DNA of 64,000 bases from Planctomycetota bacterium (GCA_044222185.1 JBGANV010000001.1:576001-640000); one strand, 5' to 3'; positions 27,032 through 39,023 are shown, counted from the first letter of the stretch. The notes: a model not told the origin generated them from the sequence alone. Program-made: numbers and translations.

Positions 27032-28534
27032 TCAGCGCGGGCCGGTTGGATGGCTTTCCGTGTAGCGCTGCATGACGCTGTGCTTTCGCCCGTACGCGAA
27101 GTAGATCACGAGACCGAGCAGCAGCCAGATGGCGAGTCGCCACCAGTTCGCGAGCGGCAGTGACATCATCAGCATGAGGCACGACCCGATCCCGAGGATG
27201 GGGACGAGCGGGACCATCGGGCAGCGAAAGGGCCGCTCCGCCTCGGGGTTCGTCCTGCGCATCACGAGGACGGCGCCGCAGACGATTGCGAACGCCATCA
27301 GGGTACCGATGTTCGTGAGCTCGAGCAGCGCGCCGATGGGGAGGAGGCCGGTCAGGATCGAGACGAAGACGCCCACCAGGATCGTGCTGCGCCACGGCGT
27401 CTTGAACTTCGGGTGGACGTCGCTGAAGAACTTCTGGGGAACGAGCCCGTCACGAGCCATGGCGAGGAAGACGCGCGGAGCGCTCAGCATCATGACGAGG
27501 AGAACGGAAGTGATCCCGGCGACACCCGCGGCCGAGATGATGCCGTCGGCCCACTTCAGACCGGCGTGCTTGAACGCGCTGGAGACGCCGGCGTTCTCGT
27601 CGATCTGGTCGTACCGGACCATGCCCGTGAGGACGGCGACGACGGCGACGTACAAGACCGTGCAGATCAGCAGCGACGCCACGATGCCGATGGGGACGTC
27701 ACGCTTGGGGTTCTTCGCCTCTTCGGCATGCGTCGAGACCGAATCGAACCCGATGTAGGCGAAGAAGATGATCGCCGCGCCAGCCAGCATGCCGTGCGGG
27801 ACCTTCTCCGTCGGGCCTCCGCCGAGCGGGTGGCCGAACACCGTGAGACCCGACCAGCCGTACGGTGCGAAGTTGTTCCAGTTGTCGAAGTTGATGTAGA
27901 AGACGCCGACGAGGATCACGAAGATCACGGCGGCGAGTTTCACCGCGACCATGGCTGCGTTGAAGCTCGCGCTTTCCTGGATGCCCTTCACGAGCACGAT
28001 CGTCACGATCGCCGTGATGATGACGGCTGGAAGGTTGATCACACCGCCGCCCATGTGGAACGCACCAGCCACGTCGTCGTAGACGAGAGGCGCCTCCGAG
28101 ATCGCCTTGGGCAGGTGTATCCCCATCTTCTCGAGTACGGAGAGGAAATACCCCGACCATCCGTTCGCGACGGTTGCGGATCCAACGGCGTACTCCAGCA
28201 CCAGGTCCCAGCCGATGATCCAGGCGAAGAGCTCGCCGAGCGTGGCGTAGGCGTAGGTGTAGGCCGATCCGGCCACGGGAACCATGGACGCGAACTCCGC
28301 GTAGCAGAGCGCGGCGAAGATGCAGGTCAGTCCGGCGACGACGTAGGAGACCATGAGCGCCGGGCCGGCGACGTTGTGTGCCGCGCGGCCGGTGGCGACG
28401 AAGATGCCGGCGCCGATGATGGCGCCGACGCCGAGGCTCGTGAGCTGCACGGGCCCGAGCACGCGGCGCAGCCGGTTCTCGCTCTTCATCTCCTCCAGCA
28501 GGAGACTGAGCGGTTTCTTGCGGAACAACGACAT
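27032..28534 (-). CDS. APC-family amino acid permease (cationic amino acid transporter-like)
   Basis: LGVGAIIGAGIFV, CYAEFAS, GSAYTY, FFAYIGFD, EEAKNP. Confidence 0.92.
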   Translation of the reverse strand: MSLFRKKPLSLLLEEMKSENRLRRVLGPVQLTSLGVGAIIGAGIFVATGRAAHNVAGPALMVSYVVAGLTCIFAALCYAEFASMVPVAGSAYTYAYATLGELFAWIIGWDLVLEYAVGSATVANGWSGYFLSVLEKMGIHLPKAISEAPLVYDDVAGAFHMGGGVINLPAVIITAIVTIVLVKGIQESASFNAAMVAVKLAAVIFVILVGVFYINFDNWNNFAPYGWSGLTVFGHPLGGGPTEKVPHGMLAGAAIIFFAYIGFDSVSTHAEEAKNPKRDVPIGIVASLLICTVLYVAVVAVLTGMVRYDQIDENAGVSSAFKHAGLKWADGIISAAGVAGITSVLLVMMLSAPRVFLAMARDGLVPQKFFSDVHPKFKTPWRSTILVGVFVSILTGLLPIGALLELTNIGTLMAFAIVCGAVLVMRRTNPEAERPFRCPMVPLVPILGIGSCLMLMMSLPLANWWRLAIWLLLGLVIYFAYGRKHSVMQRYTESHPTGPR

Positions 28535-28557
28535 GAACGAGTCTCCTTGAAACCAGG

Positions 28558-28740
28558 TCAGGGGCCGAACCCGGCCGGCGGAACGGCCTCATCCTCCGGG
28601 TGCGGCGCCGTCAGGACCTTCCGGAAGCACCAGAACGTCAGGATCACTACGAACCCGACGGACGCGAGCATGAAGATCCAGCCTCCGGTATTCAGCGTGG
28701 GCGCGGCCGGAGGAGCCGTGGCGAGGAGGAATGATGGCAT
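28558..28740 (-). CDS. Small single-TM protein, probable NSS transporter small subunit (MetS-like)
   Basis: 60 aa with one hydrophobic helix LNTGGWIFMLASVGFVVILTFWCFRKVL, directly downstream of an NSS transporter gene. Confidence 0.6.
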   Translation of the reverse strand: MPSFLLATAPPAAPTLNTGGWIFMLASVGFVVILTFWCFRKVLTAPHPEDEAVPPAGFGP

Positions 28741-28807
28741 GGGAGTTCCGATCTGAGCTGACGGGGTTGCCGTCTCGTGAGTTCGTCGCGCGTCGCTCGT
28801 GATGCTG

Positions 28808-30415
28808 TCAATTCTCGTCCGCTGGCGGCTTCGTCCCGTCGAGATCCAGCCCCGCCGCACGCCACCGCTTCTGGCCGATGGCCGTTATGGCGACGAGGCA
28901 CACGGTCACGATCGCCATGAAGCCGATGGCGATGGATCGACCGCGATCGTTGAACGTGGCGGTGATCCAGTCACCCAGGTTCTGGTAGCAGAACGCGCCG
29001 AACACGATGAGCAGGTACGCGGGTGTCAGATACTTGATGATCGGCTTGTAGAACCCTGGGATCCGGAGCTGTGCACCGTGGTGCGCCTCGCGGAGCCCGC
29101 GGTCGATCCCGAAGATCCACGCGAAGCAGATGATCTGCGCCGTTGCGAGCACGAAGATCAAGAGCGTTCCGACCCACGAGTCGATCGCATCGAGTGCCGC
29201 CAGCCCCTTGCTGTAATTCATCACGAGGAGATTCCCCGCGATCGCGACCAGCGTCAGGATCGTCACGCCCTTCTTGCGACTCCACCCGAGCGCCTCTTCG
29301 AGAAACGCCAGCGTCGGCTGCAGCATGGAGAGCGAACTGGTGATGGCGGCCAGGAAGAGCATGAAGAACCAGATCGCTCCGACGGCGTTGCCGAAGTGCA
29401 TGTTCGCGAACACCACGGGGAGCGTCTGGAAGCCGAGCCCGAAGGTCCCACCCGGCACTACGCTTCCATCGCTCATCGAGAGTCCGAAGAAGATGAATGC
29501 GGCGGGAATCGTGATGAGTCCGCCGAACCCGACCTCGAAGAACTCGTTCGTCGCGGACGCGGTCAGGCCCGAGAGGACGATGTCGTCCTTCTTCTTCAAG
29601 TACGACGCGTAGTTGATCACGACGCCGAACCCGACCGAAAGGCTGAAGAAGATCTGCCCAGCTGCATCCAACCACGATTGGGGGTCGCGGAGCGCCGAGA
29701 AGTCGGGGTTCCACATGTATCCGAGCCCCGCGTTCACGGTCTGATCAGGATGGGCCGGGTCCGGGTCCAGCGTGAGCACGCGCGCGAGCACGATGGCGGC
29801 AGCGACCGCCATCGCCGGCATGGCCCATTTGCAGAACGCCTCGATGCCCTTCGAAAGCCCGCGGTAGAGGAGCCACACGTTCAGGAAGGTGGTGATCCCC
29901 CAGAACACCATCGCGGTCGTGTGCTCGCCGCCGAGTTGGAAGACGGAGCCGTCAGCCGCGTTTCCGGTGAAGCCGGCGAAATGCGAGGTGGAGGCTGCGA
30001 TCTGCTGGGGGAACGGCTTGCCCGCGTCGATGCCGATCCCCCCGGTGATGTACTCCCAGCAGTATCCAAGGCACCAGGATTCGATGAGCACGTAGTAGAA
30101 GTACACGCCCAGCGGGATGAGGACGCCGATCACGCCGATGAAGCGTGCGACCGACCCCTTGCCGAGGACTCCCATGACGCCGGGGGCCGAGTGGAAGCCT
30201 TTGCGGCCGCCATAGCGGGCCATGGCCCATTCAGCCCAGCCGATTGGGATCCCGAGGAACAGCAGCGCGCAGAAGTAGGGGATCATGAAGGCGCCGCCGC
30301 CGTGCTTGGCGACCTGGCCGGGGAACCGCAGGAAGTTCCCCAATCCCACCGCCGATCCCGCAACCGCCAGGATGACCCCGAGCCGGCTGCCCCATTCTTG
30401 TTTCTTCTCTGACAT
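28808..30415 (-). CDS. Sodium-dependent transporter, NSS (LeuT-like) family
   Basis: WGSRLGVILAVAGSAVGLGNFLRFP, GGGAFMIPY, QIFFSLSVGFG, FLAAITSS. ATG at 30415. Confidence 0.93.
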   Translation of the reverse strand: MSEKKQEWGSRLGVILAVAGSAVGLGNFLRFPGQVAKHGGGAFMIPYFCALLFLGIPIGWAEWAMARYGGRKGFHSAPGVMGVLGKGSVARFIGVIGVLIPLGVYFYYVLIESWCLGYCWEYITGGIGIDAGKPFPQQIAASTSHFAGFTGNAADGSVFQLGGEHTTAMVFWGITTFLNVWLLYRGLSKGIEAFCKWAMPAMAVAAAIVLARVLTLDPDPAHPDQTVNAGLGYMWNPDFSALRDPQSWLDAAGQIFFSLSVGFGVVINYASYLKKKDDIVLSGLTASATNEFFEVGFGGLITIPAAFIFFGLSMSDGSVVPGGTFGLGFQTLPVVFANMHFGNAVGAIWFFMLFLAAITSSLSMLQPTLAFLEEALGWSRKKGVTILTLVAIAGNLLVMNYSKGLAALDAIDSWVGTLLIFVLATAQIICFAWIFGIDRGLREAHHGAQLRIPGFYKPIIKYLTPAYLLIVFGAFCYQNLGDWITATFNDRGRSIAIGFMAIVTVCLVAITAIGQKRWRAAGLDLDGTKPPADEN

Positions 30416-30595
30416 CTGTGTCCTCGGAGCGCGCTCAGCCGCGCCCGGCATGAGGGCAAGAGGGTACAGGGACGGGCTTTCCGCTGCAACGAAGTTCCGG
30501 CCTCGGGATCGCGGCTGGCACTGAGCCGTGACTTGGATTGTCCGCATCACGCGCGGCGGCGTACCATGCGCGCTCACCGTTCGCCGGAGCCCAGC

Positions 30596-31552
30596 ATGCT
30601 CGTCGACCGCTACGGACGCCTGATCAACTACCTTCGGATCTCGGTCACGGACCGCTGCAATCTCCGCTGCGAGTACTGCATGCCGGCCGAGGGCACGGAC
30701 CTGTTCGAGAAGGGCGATGTGCTCTCCTACGAGCAGATCGAGCGGATCATCCGCGTGGCGGTCCGGCTCGGCGTCACGAAGTTCCGCTTCACGGGCGGCG
30801 AGCCGCTCGTCCGGCGCGAACTCGTCCCGTTCATCGGGCGCGTCCGCCAGATCCCCGGGATCGAGAGCCTGGCCATCTCGACGAACGGTCTCCTCCTGGC
30901 CCAGCATGCCGAGGGCCTCCGGGCGGCGGGCATCGACAAGGTGAACATCTCCATCGACTCGTTCCGCCGCGACACGTTCATGCGCCTCGCTCGCCTGGAC
31001 GCGCTGCCGAAGGTTCTCGAAGGGCTGGAGGCGGCGACGCGGGTTGGCTTCCAGACCATCAAGCTCAACGCCGTCCTGCTCCGCGGGTACAACGACGACG
31101 AGATCGAGGAGTTCCTCGGCCTCACGAAACGCACGGCCTACCACGTCCGATTCATCGAGTTCATGCCCTACGGCGAGTGGCACGATCGCGCGGAACTGGT
31201 CGTACCCGCCGCCGAGATCGAACAACGAATCGAGGCCGCCGGCTTCGTTCCGGATCGTGGCCCCGCTGGCAACGGCCCGGCTCGTTATTGGCGATTCCCA
31301 GGGGCGGCCGGAACGGTGGGCATCATCTCGCCAGTCAGCGCGAAGTTCTGCGAGAACTGCAACCGGGTTCGATTGAACGCGCGCGGCGAGCTTCGGGGCT
31401 GCCTCCTGGACGAGGGCGCGCTCTCGATGACGGAAGCCCTGGCCCGGCCGACGGACGAGGGCATCGAACGGATCTTCGCGCGCGTGCTCCTCGTGAAGCC
31501 CGAGAAGCACTACGATCTCCGCACCTTCCACATGTCGACGATCGGAGGTTGA
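30596..31552 (+). CDS. moaA: GTP 3',8-cyclase (molybdopterin biosynthesis)
   Basis: YLRISVTDRCNLRCEYCMP, TGGEPL, FIEFMP, FCENCNRVRL, C-terminal IGG. Confidence 0.96.
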   Translation: MLVDRYGRLINYLRISVTDRCNLRCEYCMPAEGTDLFEKGDVLSYEQIERIIRVAVRLGVTKFRFTGGEPLVRRELVPFIGRVRQIPGIESLAISTNGLLLAQHAEGLRAAGIDKVNISIDSFRRDTFMRLARLDALPKVLEGLEAATRVGFQTIKLNAVLLRGYNDDEIEEFLGLTKRTAYHVRFIEFMPYGEWHDRAELVVPAAEIEQRIEAAGFVPDRGPAGNGPARYWRFPGAAGTVGIISPVSAKFCENCNRVRLNARGELRGCLLDEGALSMTEALARPTDEGIERIFARVLLVKPEKHYDLRTFHMSTIGG

Positions 31553-31553
31553 G

Positions 31554-32030
31554 TTGACCGATCTCACGCACGTGACGGAGGACGGCACGCCCCGCATGGT
31601 CGACGTGTCGCCGAAACCGGAGACACGCCGGCTCGCCGTGGCCGAGGCGCGGGTGTTCTTCGCCCCGGGGACGCTTCGCCGGGTTCTGTCGGGCGAGCTT
31701 CCGAAAGGTCCCGTGCTCGACGTGGCGCGCGTCGCCGGAATTCAGGGCGCGAAGCACACCAGCACGCTGATCCCTCTGTGCCACCCGCTCCGACTCACGG
31801 ACGTCGACGTGACGTTCGAACCCATGGGGGAGACGGTGTTGTGCATCCGGGCGACCACAGTCGCCATCGACCGCACCGGTGTCGAGATGGAAGCGATGAC
31901 CGCCGTATCGGTCGCGGCACTGACCGTCTACGACATGACGAAGGCCGTGGATCGTCGCGCCTCGATCGGGGAGATCCGCCTCTTGCGCAAGGAGGGCGGG
32001 AAGAGCGGGACGTGGGTTCGCGAGAAATGA
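31554..32030 (+). CDS. moaC: Cyclic pyranopterin monophosphate synthase
   Basis: MVDVSPK, LIPLCHP, TGVEMEA, YDMTKAVD, KEGGKSG. Confidence 0.95.
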   Translation: MTDLTHVTEDGTPRMVDVSPKPETRRLAVAEARVFFAPGTLRRVLSGELPKGPVLDVARVAGIQGAKHTSTLIPLCHPLRLTDVDVTFEPMGETVLCIRATTVAIDRTGVEMEAMTAVSVAALTVYDMTKAVDRRASIGEIRLLRKEGGKSGTWVREK

Positions 32031-32653
32031 GCGACTCCGACGGCCTGGCGCTGGTGAGGGCGCTCGTGGGCGGGGCGCGGGTGTTCGTTCCAGCGGGCTC
32101 GATCCTCCGGGATGGGCGCATGGGACAGCCGGCGAACGGGATCGGAGCCCACGTGCTCGTCGCGTCTGACCGCGCATCGGCGGGCGTGCGGGAGGATGCC
32201 TCGTCGCCGTTGCTCCTGGACGAGCTCTGGCTCCTCGGGTACGAGCTGCCCGAGCCGAGCGTCACGATCTCGCCGGACGACGAGGGTGAACTGGGTCGCA
32301 GGCTCCGGTCGCTCGTGAGGAACCCACGTATCCGGATCATCCTGACCACGGGTGGCACCGGCGCCGCGCCGCGCGACGTCACGCCGGACGTGACGCGCCG
32401 GGAGATCACGCGCGAGCTCCCGGGATTCGGCGAGCTCATGCGGAGCGAATCGCTCAAGAAAACGGTCTACGCGGCCGGTTCCCGCGCCACTGCCGGCACG
32501 GTGAACGACAAGCTCATCGTGAACCTGCCGGGAAGCCCGAAAGGCGCCGTGGAGTGCCTGGGATTCATCGCGCGCCCCGCGCGGCACGTCTTGGATCTGA
32601 TCGCCGGGAGCGTCTCGGATTGCGGTCCGGTTCGAGATTCCGAGCCCCGGTAG
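32027..32653 (+). CDS. mog: MogA/MoaB family molybdopterin adenylyltransferase
   Basis: ASDRAS.G.RED.S, TTGGTG..PRDVTPD, NLPGSPK. ATGA overlap with moaC. Confidence 0.85.
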   Translation: MSDSDGLALVRALVGGARVFVPAGSILRDGRMGQPANGIGAHVLVASDRASAGVREDASSPLLLDELWLLGYELPEPSVTISPDDEGELGRRLRSLVRNPRIRIILTTGGTGAAPRDVTPDVTRREITRELPGFGELMRSESLKKTVYAAGSRATAGTVNDKLIVNLPGSPKGAVECLGFIARPARHVLDLIAGSVSDCGPVRDSEPR

Positions 32654-32688
32654 GTGTGGCGGGATCGCGCGCGGCGAGCTGCGCTCCG

Positions 32689-32716
32689 TTGACGCCCCCT
32701 CCCCCCGGGGTAGATT
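32689..32716 (+). promoter_or_regulatory. Candidate sigma70 promoter for accBC
   Basis: TTGACG-N16-TAGATT. Confidence 0.55.
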
Positions 32717-32780
32717 AGGCGCCGCTTTGTTGGAATCGGAACGACGGACCGTTTGTACGCGCGCCCCGGGGGTCGCCAGG

Positions 32781-33248
32781 ATGGACCTGAAGGAACTGAG
32801 GAAGCTCGTCTCGCTCATGAACGAGAACAACCTCGTCGAGCTCGAGATCGCGGAAGACGGCCGGAAGTGCGTGCTGAAAAAGGCCGCCCCACCGCAGGTT
32901 GCGGCCATGCCGGCCTACGCGTTTGCGCCTCCGCAGGCCGCCGTTCCATCGGCTGCGCCCGCCTCAGCCGCGACGCCGCGCGCGACGACACCGACCCGCC
33001 CCGCGGAAGACACGGTGACGTTCAACTCGCCGATCGTCGGCACGTTCTACAAGTCCGCGTCGCCGGACGCGGATGCGTTCGTGAAGGCGGGCGACAAGGT
33101 CGGGCCTGACACGGTCCTCTGTCTCATCGAAGCCATGAAGGTCTTCAACGAGATCAAGGCCGAGATGTCCGGCACGATCATCGACGTCCTGGTCGAGAAC
33201 CAAGAGGCGGTGGAGTTCAACCAGCCTCTCTTCCTCATCAAGCGATGA
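32781..33248 (+). CDS. accB: Acetyl-CoA carboxylase biotin carboxyl carrier protein
   Basis: MDLKELRKL, Ala/Pro linker, [12 protein letters not shown] biotinylation motif. Confidence 0.96.
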   Translation: MDLKELRKLVSLMNENNLVELEIAEDGRKCVLKKAAPPQVAAMPAYAFAPPQAAVPSAAPASAATPRATTPTRPAEDTVTFNSPIVGTFYKSASPDADAFVKAGDKVGPDTVLCLIEAMKVFNEIKAEMSGTIIDVLVENQEAVEFNQPLFLIKR

Positions 33249-33255
33249 CGTGAAG

Positions 33256-34605
33256 ATGTTCCAGCGCATTCTCGTGGCCAACCGCGGCGAAATCGCCGTC
33301 CGGATCATCCGCGCGTGCAAGGAGCTCGGAATCGAGACCGTGGCGGTCTACTCGGAGGTCGACGAGGATGCGCTGCACCTTCGTTACGCCGACGAGACGA
33401 TCTGCATCGGCCCCGGCCCGAGCCTCAAGTCGTACCTCGACATCCCGCGGATCATCGCGGCCGCCGAGATCGCCGACGTGGACGCCATCCACCCGGGCTA
33501 CGGCTTCCTCTCCGAGCGGTCGCGGTTCGCCGAAGTCTGCAAGGCCTGCAACATCACGTTCATCGGCCCGAGCCCCGAGACCATCGAGGCCGTGGGCAAC
33601 AAGGCGCGCGCGCGTGACCTCGCCCGCGTGGCCGGGGTTCCCACGGTCCCCGGCAGCGACGGCCTCGTCCCAGACGAGGAGGAGGCACGCAAGGTCGCCG
33701 CGAAGATCGGCTACCCCGTGATGATCAAGGCTGCGGCCGGCGGGGGTGGTCGCGGAATGCGCGTGGCGCACAACGAGATGTCGCTCCTCTCGGGCTTCGC
33801 GCAGGCGAAGGCGGAGGCGCAGGCGGCGTTCGCCGACTCGAGCATCTACATCGAGCGGTTCGTCGAGCGGCCCCGACACGTCGAGATCCAGATCCTCGCG
33901 GACGCGCACGGCAACATCGTCTACCTGGGAGAGCGCGACTGCTCCGTCCAGCGGCGACATCAGAAGCTGATCGAGGAGTCGCCCTCGCCGATCATGACGC
34001 CCGAGCTGCGCAGGGCCATGGGGGAGGCGGCGGTACGGTTCGCGCGGGCCGGCAACTACGTCAACGCCGGGACCGTCGAGTTTCTCGTGGATCGGCACCG
34101 CAACTTCTACTTCATGGAGATGAACTCCCGCATCCAGGTCGAGCACCCGGTCACGGAGATCGTGACGGGCGTCGACCTCGTGAAGGAGCAGATCCGGATC
34201 GCTGCCGGAGGCGAGCTGCCTTTCCGGCAGGAGGACATCGTCGTCCGCGGGCATGCGATCGAAGTGCGGGTAAACGCCGAGGATCCAGCCAACAACTTCC
34301 GGCCGAACCCCGGCAAGGTCACGAACTACCTCCCGCCGGGCGGACCTGGCGTGCGCGTCGACTCGCACCTCTATTCGGGGTACACGATCCCGCCGCATTA
34401 CGACAGCCTGCTCGCCAAGGTCATCGCATTCCGCAGCACGCGTGAGGAGACGATGTCCACGTTGGCGCGAGCCCTCGGCGAGATGCAGGTCGAAGGAGTC
34501 GCGACGACCATTCCGTTCTTCCTGAAGGTCCTGGAAAACGCGGCTTTCCGCTCGGGCGACTTCGACACCGGCTTCGTCGAGGCCCACAAGACGTCGCTCT
34601 TCTAG
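33256..34605 (+). CDS. accC: Biotin carboxylase
   Basis: [42 protein letters not shown]. Alternative GTG at 33250. Confidence 0.96.
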   Translation: MFQRILVANRGEIAVRIIRACKELGIETVAVYSEVDEDALHLRYADETICIGPGPSLKSYLDIPRIIAAAEIADVDAIHPGYGFLSERSRFAEVCKACNITFIGPSPETIEAVGNKARARDLARVAGVPTVPGSDGLVPDEEEARKVAAKIGYPVMIKAAAGGGGRGMRVAHNEMSLLSGFAQAKAEAQAAFADSSIYIERFVERPRHVEIQILADAHGNIVYLGERDCSVQRRHQKLIEESPSPIMTPELRRAMGEAAVRFARAGNYVNAGTVEFLVDRHRNFYFMEMNSRIQVEHPVTEIVTGVDLVKEQIRIAAGGELPFRQEDIVVRGHAIEVRVNAEDPANNFRPNPGKVTNYLPPGGPGVRVDSHLYSGYTIPPHYDSLLAKVIAFRSTREETMSTLARALGEMQVEGVATTIPFFLKVLENAAFRSGDFDTGFVEAHKTSLF

Positions 34606-34716
34606 CGCCGTTCATGGTGCTTGGGCGGGCCGGGGCTTCCGGTCGCCCCTGACCGCCGCTAAACCTTGGGCTCACCTTCGAGCCCGATCCGCATTTCGGA
34701 GACCCGAGACCTCCAC

Positions 34717-35655
<939 letters not shown>

Positions 35656-35852
35656 CTCCAGCGCTCTTGCGCAAACCCGCTGCGCACGAACGGATCAAGT
35701 CCCCATCGGTTCGGGTTCGATCAACACTCCGGGGCGGTCCAACCGCTCGGCCTACCACTCGGGTTCAAAAGGGTTTCACGGGAGTCGGATTGCTAAGTTT
35801 CGCGCTGCGCCGTTGCGGCTGATCCTCGAGTCGCCGGCCGAAGTCCAAAAAC

Positions 35853-37688
35853 ATGTGCGGAATCATTGGTTGTGCGTCGACGGACATGCCGGTCGTCCCC
35901 ATGATCCTCGGTGGGCTGAAGCGCCTCGAGTATCGCGGCTACGACTCCGCCGGCATCGCCGTGATCGACGGCGGCGAACTGAAGGTCGTGCGTGAGGTCG
36001 GCAAGCTCCGACGGCTCGAAGAGGTCCTGAACGGGACGGCACTGCACGGACGGACCGGGCTGGGGCACACGCGCTGGGCGACTCACGGCCGCCCGAGCGA
36101 GCACAACGCGCACCCGCACACGAGCGGCAATGGCGCCATCGTCGCCGTGCACAACGGCATCATCGAGAATTACCGCGAGCTGCGCGAGATGCTCGTGGAG
36201 CGCGGACACGTCTTCGCTTCCGAGACGGACAGTGAAGTCATCCCGCACCTGATCGAGCACCACGACAAGGGCGACCTGTTGTCCGCCGTCGTCGCGGCCG
36301 TGAACGACCTTTCCGGGTCCTTTGGCGTGTCCGTGATCCATCGCGATCACCCGGGCGTCGTCGTCGGCGTGCGGAAGGACAGCCCGCTGATCGTCGGCCT
36401 CGCGGATGGGCGCAACATGGTCGCGAGCGACGTCGCGGCCGTCATCGAATACACGAAGCGCGTGATCTTCCTCGAGGATCGGGACATCGCCGTCGTCACG
36501 CCCAACAGCGTGAAGATCTACGACTTCTCCGGCCGCGAGGTCACGCGCCCGGTGACGACGGTCACTTGGGATCTCGCCCAGGCCGAAAAAGGCGGGTTCG
36601 AGCACTTCATGCTCAAGGAGATCCACGACCAGCCCACCGTCGTCACGGACAACCTCATCGGCCGCATCGACGAGCAGGACGGCACCATCGTCCTCGACGA
36701 GCTGAACGTTTCCGACGACGCGCTCCGGCACTTGAACCGCATCACGATCGTCGCCTGCGGGACCTCTTGGCACGCGGGTCTCGTCGGGAAGTTCTACCTG
36801 GAGAAGCTCGCGCGGATCCCCGTCGACGTCGACTACGCGTCCGAGATGCGCTACCGCGATCCGATCCTGGACGGGCGCAGTCTCGTGATCGCGATCTCGC
36901 AATCGGGGGAGACGGCGGACACGATCGCCGCGATCCGCCGGGCGAAGGTCGATTTCAACTGCCGCACGGTCGGACTCTGCAACGTCGTCGGCTCGACGAT
37001 CGCGCGTGAGTGCACCGGTCGCGTGATGACGCACGCGGGCCCGGAGATCGGCGTCGCGTCGACGAAGGCCTTCATGGGCCAACTCGTCGGGATGCTGCTT
37101 CTGGCGCTGCGCATCGGCCAGGCCCGCGGAACGCTCACACCGGCAGACATCCGTCGCGTCGTCGATCAGCTCCGGCGCCTCCCGCAGTTCATCGTGCGGG
37201 CGCTGGGGACGTCGGCGCAGATCCAGGATGTGGCGGAGCGGTTCTTCGAGGCACGTGACTTTCTCTTCCTGGGACGCGGGATCTGCTACCCGATCGCCCT
37301 CGAGGGGGCGCTCAAACTGAAGGAAATCTCGTACATCCACGCCGAGGGATACCCGGCGGGAGAGATGAAGCACGGACCCATCGCGCTCATCGACGAGACG
37401 CTCCCAGTCGTCGCGATCGCGACGCGGGGGCAGGTGTACGACAAGGTCGTCGGAAACATCGAGGAGGTTCGCGCTCGAGGCGGGCGCATCCTCGCATTGG
37501 TCAATGAAGGTGACGAGCGAGTGGGCCGGCTGGCCGAGCTCACGATCACGGTGCCTGAAGTCGACACCGTGCTGTCACCGATGGTGAATGTGGTGCCGCT
37601 GCAGCTTCTGGCCTACTGGACGGCGCGGCGTCGCGGTTGCGACGTCGACCAGCCCAGGAATCTGGCGAAGAGCGTCACGGTGGAGTGA
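35853..37688 (+). CDS. glmS: Glutamine--fructose-6-phosphate aminotransferase
   Basis: MCGI, LEYRGYDSAG, HTRWATHG, SQSGET, EIGVASTK, PRNLAKSVTVE. Confidence 0.97.
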   Translation: MCGIIGCASTDMPVVPMILGGLKRLEYRGYDSAGIAVIDGGELKVVREVGKLRRLEEVLNGTALHGRTGLGHTRWATHGRPSEHNAHPHTSGNGAIVAVHNGIIENYRELREMLVERGHVFASETDSEVIPHLIEHHDKGDLLSAVVAAVNDLSGSFGVSVIHRDHPGVVVGVRKDSPLIVGLADGRNMVASDVAAVIEYTKRVIFLEDRDIAVVTPNSVKIYDFSGREVTRPVTTVTWDLAQAEKGGFEHFMLKEIHDQPTVVTDNLIGRIDEQDGTIVLDELNVSDDALRHLNRITIVACGTSWHAGLVGKFYLEKLARIPVDVDYASEMRYRDPILDGRSLVIAISQSGETADTIAAIRRAKVDFNCRTVGLCNVVGSTIARECTGRVMTHAGPEIGVASTKAFMGQLVGMLLLALRIGQARGTLTPADIRRVVDQLRRLPQFIVRALGTSAQIQDVAERFFEARDFLFLGRGICYPIALEGALKLKEISYIHAEGYPAGEMKHGPIALIDETLPVVAIATRGQVYDKVVGNIEEVRARGGRILALVNEGDERVGRLAELTITVPEVDTVLSPMVNVVPLQLLAYWTARRRGCDVDQPRNLAKSVTVE

Positions 37689-37696
37689 GAGGAGTC

Positions 37697-39022
37697 ATGA
37701 CGGAACAGCTTTCCAGCGTCGCACAGGAGTTGATGCGCCGCATCAAGGACCGAACGGCGACCTGTGGAGTGATCGGCCTGGGCTACGTCGGGCTCCCGCT
37801 CGCGCTGGAGTTCGCCCGCGCCGGCTTCAAGGTGATCGGCTACGACGTCGATCCGAAGCGCGTCAAGGCGGTCAACGAGGCGAAGTCGTACGTGGGTGAC
37901 ATCCACGATCACGAGCTCGCGCCGTTCGTGAAGGAAGGGAAGCTCCGTGCTGCGTTGCCCGATGATTCGCTCGGGCAGTGCGACACCATCTCGATCTGCG
38001 TCCCCACGCCGCTCCGCAAGAGCAAGGATCCGGACATCTCCTACATCGTGTCGGCGACCCGCGAGGTCGCCCAGCGCATCCGAAAGGGCCAGCTGATCGT
38101 GCTCGAGAGCACGACGTACCCCGGCACGACGACCGAGGTCATCCTCCCCGAGCTCGAGAAGAAGGGGATGAAGGCCGGCCAGGACATCTTCCTGTCGTTC
38201 TCGCCGGAGCGCGTCGATCCGGGCAACCCCACGTTCAAGACCAAGAACACGCCCAAGGTCATCGGCGGTCGCACGGAAGCGTGCCGCCAGCTCACGCACG
38301 CGCTCTACTCGTGCGCCGTCGACCGCGTCGTCGTCGTGTCGAGCCCCGAGTCCGCCGAGATGGTGAAGCTCCTCGAGAACACCTTCCGCAGCGTGAACAT
38401 CGGCCTCGTCAACGAGATGGCGATCATGTGCAAGAAGCTCGGCTGCGACGTGTGGGAGGTCATCGAGGCCGCGGCGACCAAGCCGTTCGGCTTCATGCCC
38501 TTCTTCCCGGGGCCGGGACTCGGGGGCCACTGCATCCCCATCGACCCGCACTACCTCTCGTGGAAGCTGAAGACGTTGAACTACAACGCCCGCTTCATCG
38601 AACTCGCCGGCGACGTCAACAGCCACATGCCCGACTACGTCGTCGAGCTGGTGTCGGAGACGCTCAACGAAGACAAGAAGGCCGTCAACGGTTCGAAGGT
38701 CCTGATCCTGGGCGCCGCCTACAAGAAGAACGTCAGCGACTGCCGCGAGTCGCCAGCGCTCGACGTCATCGAGCTCCTGCGCCACCGCGGAGCGGAGGTC
38801 AACTACTGCGATCCGCACTCGTCCGAGCTTCACTTCGAGAAGCGCGTCATGAAGGCGGTGCCGTTCGATGCCGAGCAGCTGTCGGCCGCCGATTGCGTCG
38901 TCGTCGTCACGGACCATTCGGCCTTCGATGCCAAGCTCGTCGCCAAACACGCCAAGGTCGTCATCGACACGCGGAACATGCTGAAGGGACTGACGGGCCC
39001 GGCCCGGATCGTCCGGCTCTGA
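37697..39022 (+). CDS. UDP-N-acetylhexosamine 6-dehydrogenase (WbpA/TviB/WecC family)
   Basis: GLGYVGLP, CVPTP, LESTTYPGTT, SPERVDPGN, GGHCIPIDP, D.RESP. ATG 37697 follows GAGGAG. Confidence 0.9.
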   Translation: MTEQLSSVAQELMRRIKDRTATCGVIGLGYVGLPLALEFARAGFKVIGYDVDPKRVKAVNEAKSYVGDIHDHELAPFVKEGKLRAALPDDSLGQCDTISICVPTPLRKSKDPDISYIVSATREVAQRIRKGQLIVLESTTYPGTTTEVILPELEKKGMKAGQDIFLSFSPERVDPGNPTFKTKNTPKVIGGRTEACRQLTHALYSCAVDRVVVVSSPESAEMVKLLENTFRSVNIGLVNEMAIMCKKLGCDVWEVIEAAATKPFGFMPFFPGPGLGGHCIPIDPHYLSWKLKTLNYNARFIELAGDVNSHMPDYVVELVSETLNEDKKAVNGSKVLILGAAYKKNVSDCRESPALDVIELLRHRGAEVNYCDPHSSELHFEKRVMKAVPFDAEQLSAADCVVVVTDHSAFDAKLVAKHAKVVIDTRNMLKGLTGPARIVRL

Positions 39023-39023
39023 C

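Noticed and set aside
30416-30595. Moco riboswitch upstream of moaA
   Set aside because: Short divergent intergenic region with no recognisable Moco-RNA architecture.
35656-35852. Possible glmS ribozyme upstream of glmS
   Set aside because: Only a partial AGCGC match. The conserved ribozyme core and pseudoknot are not recognisable.
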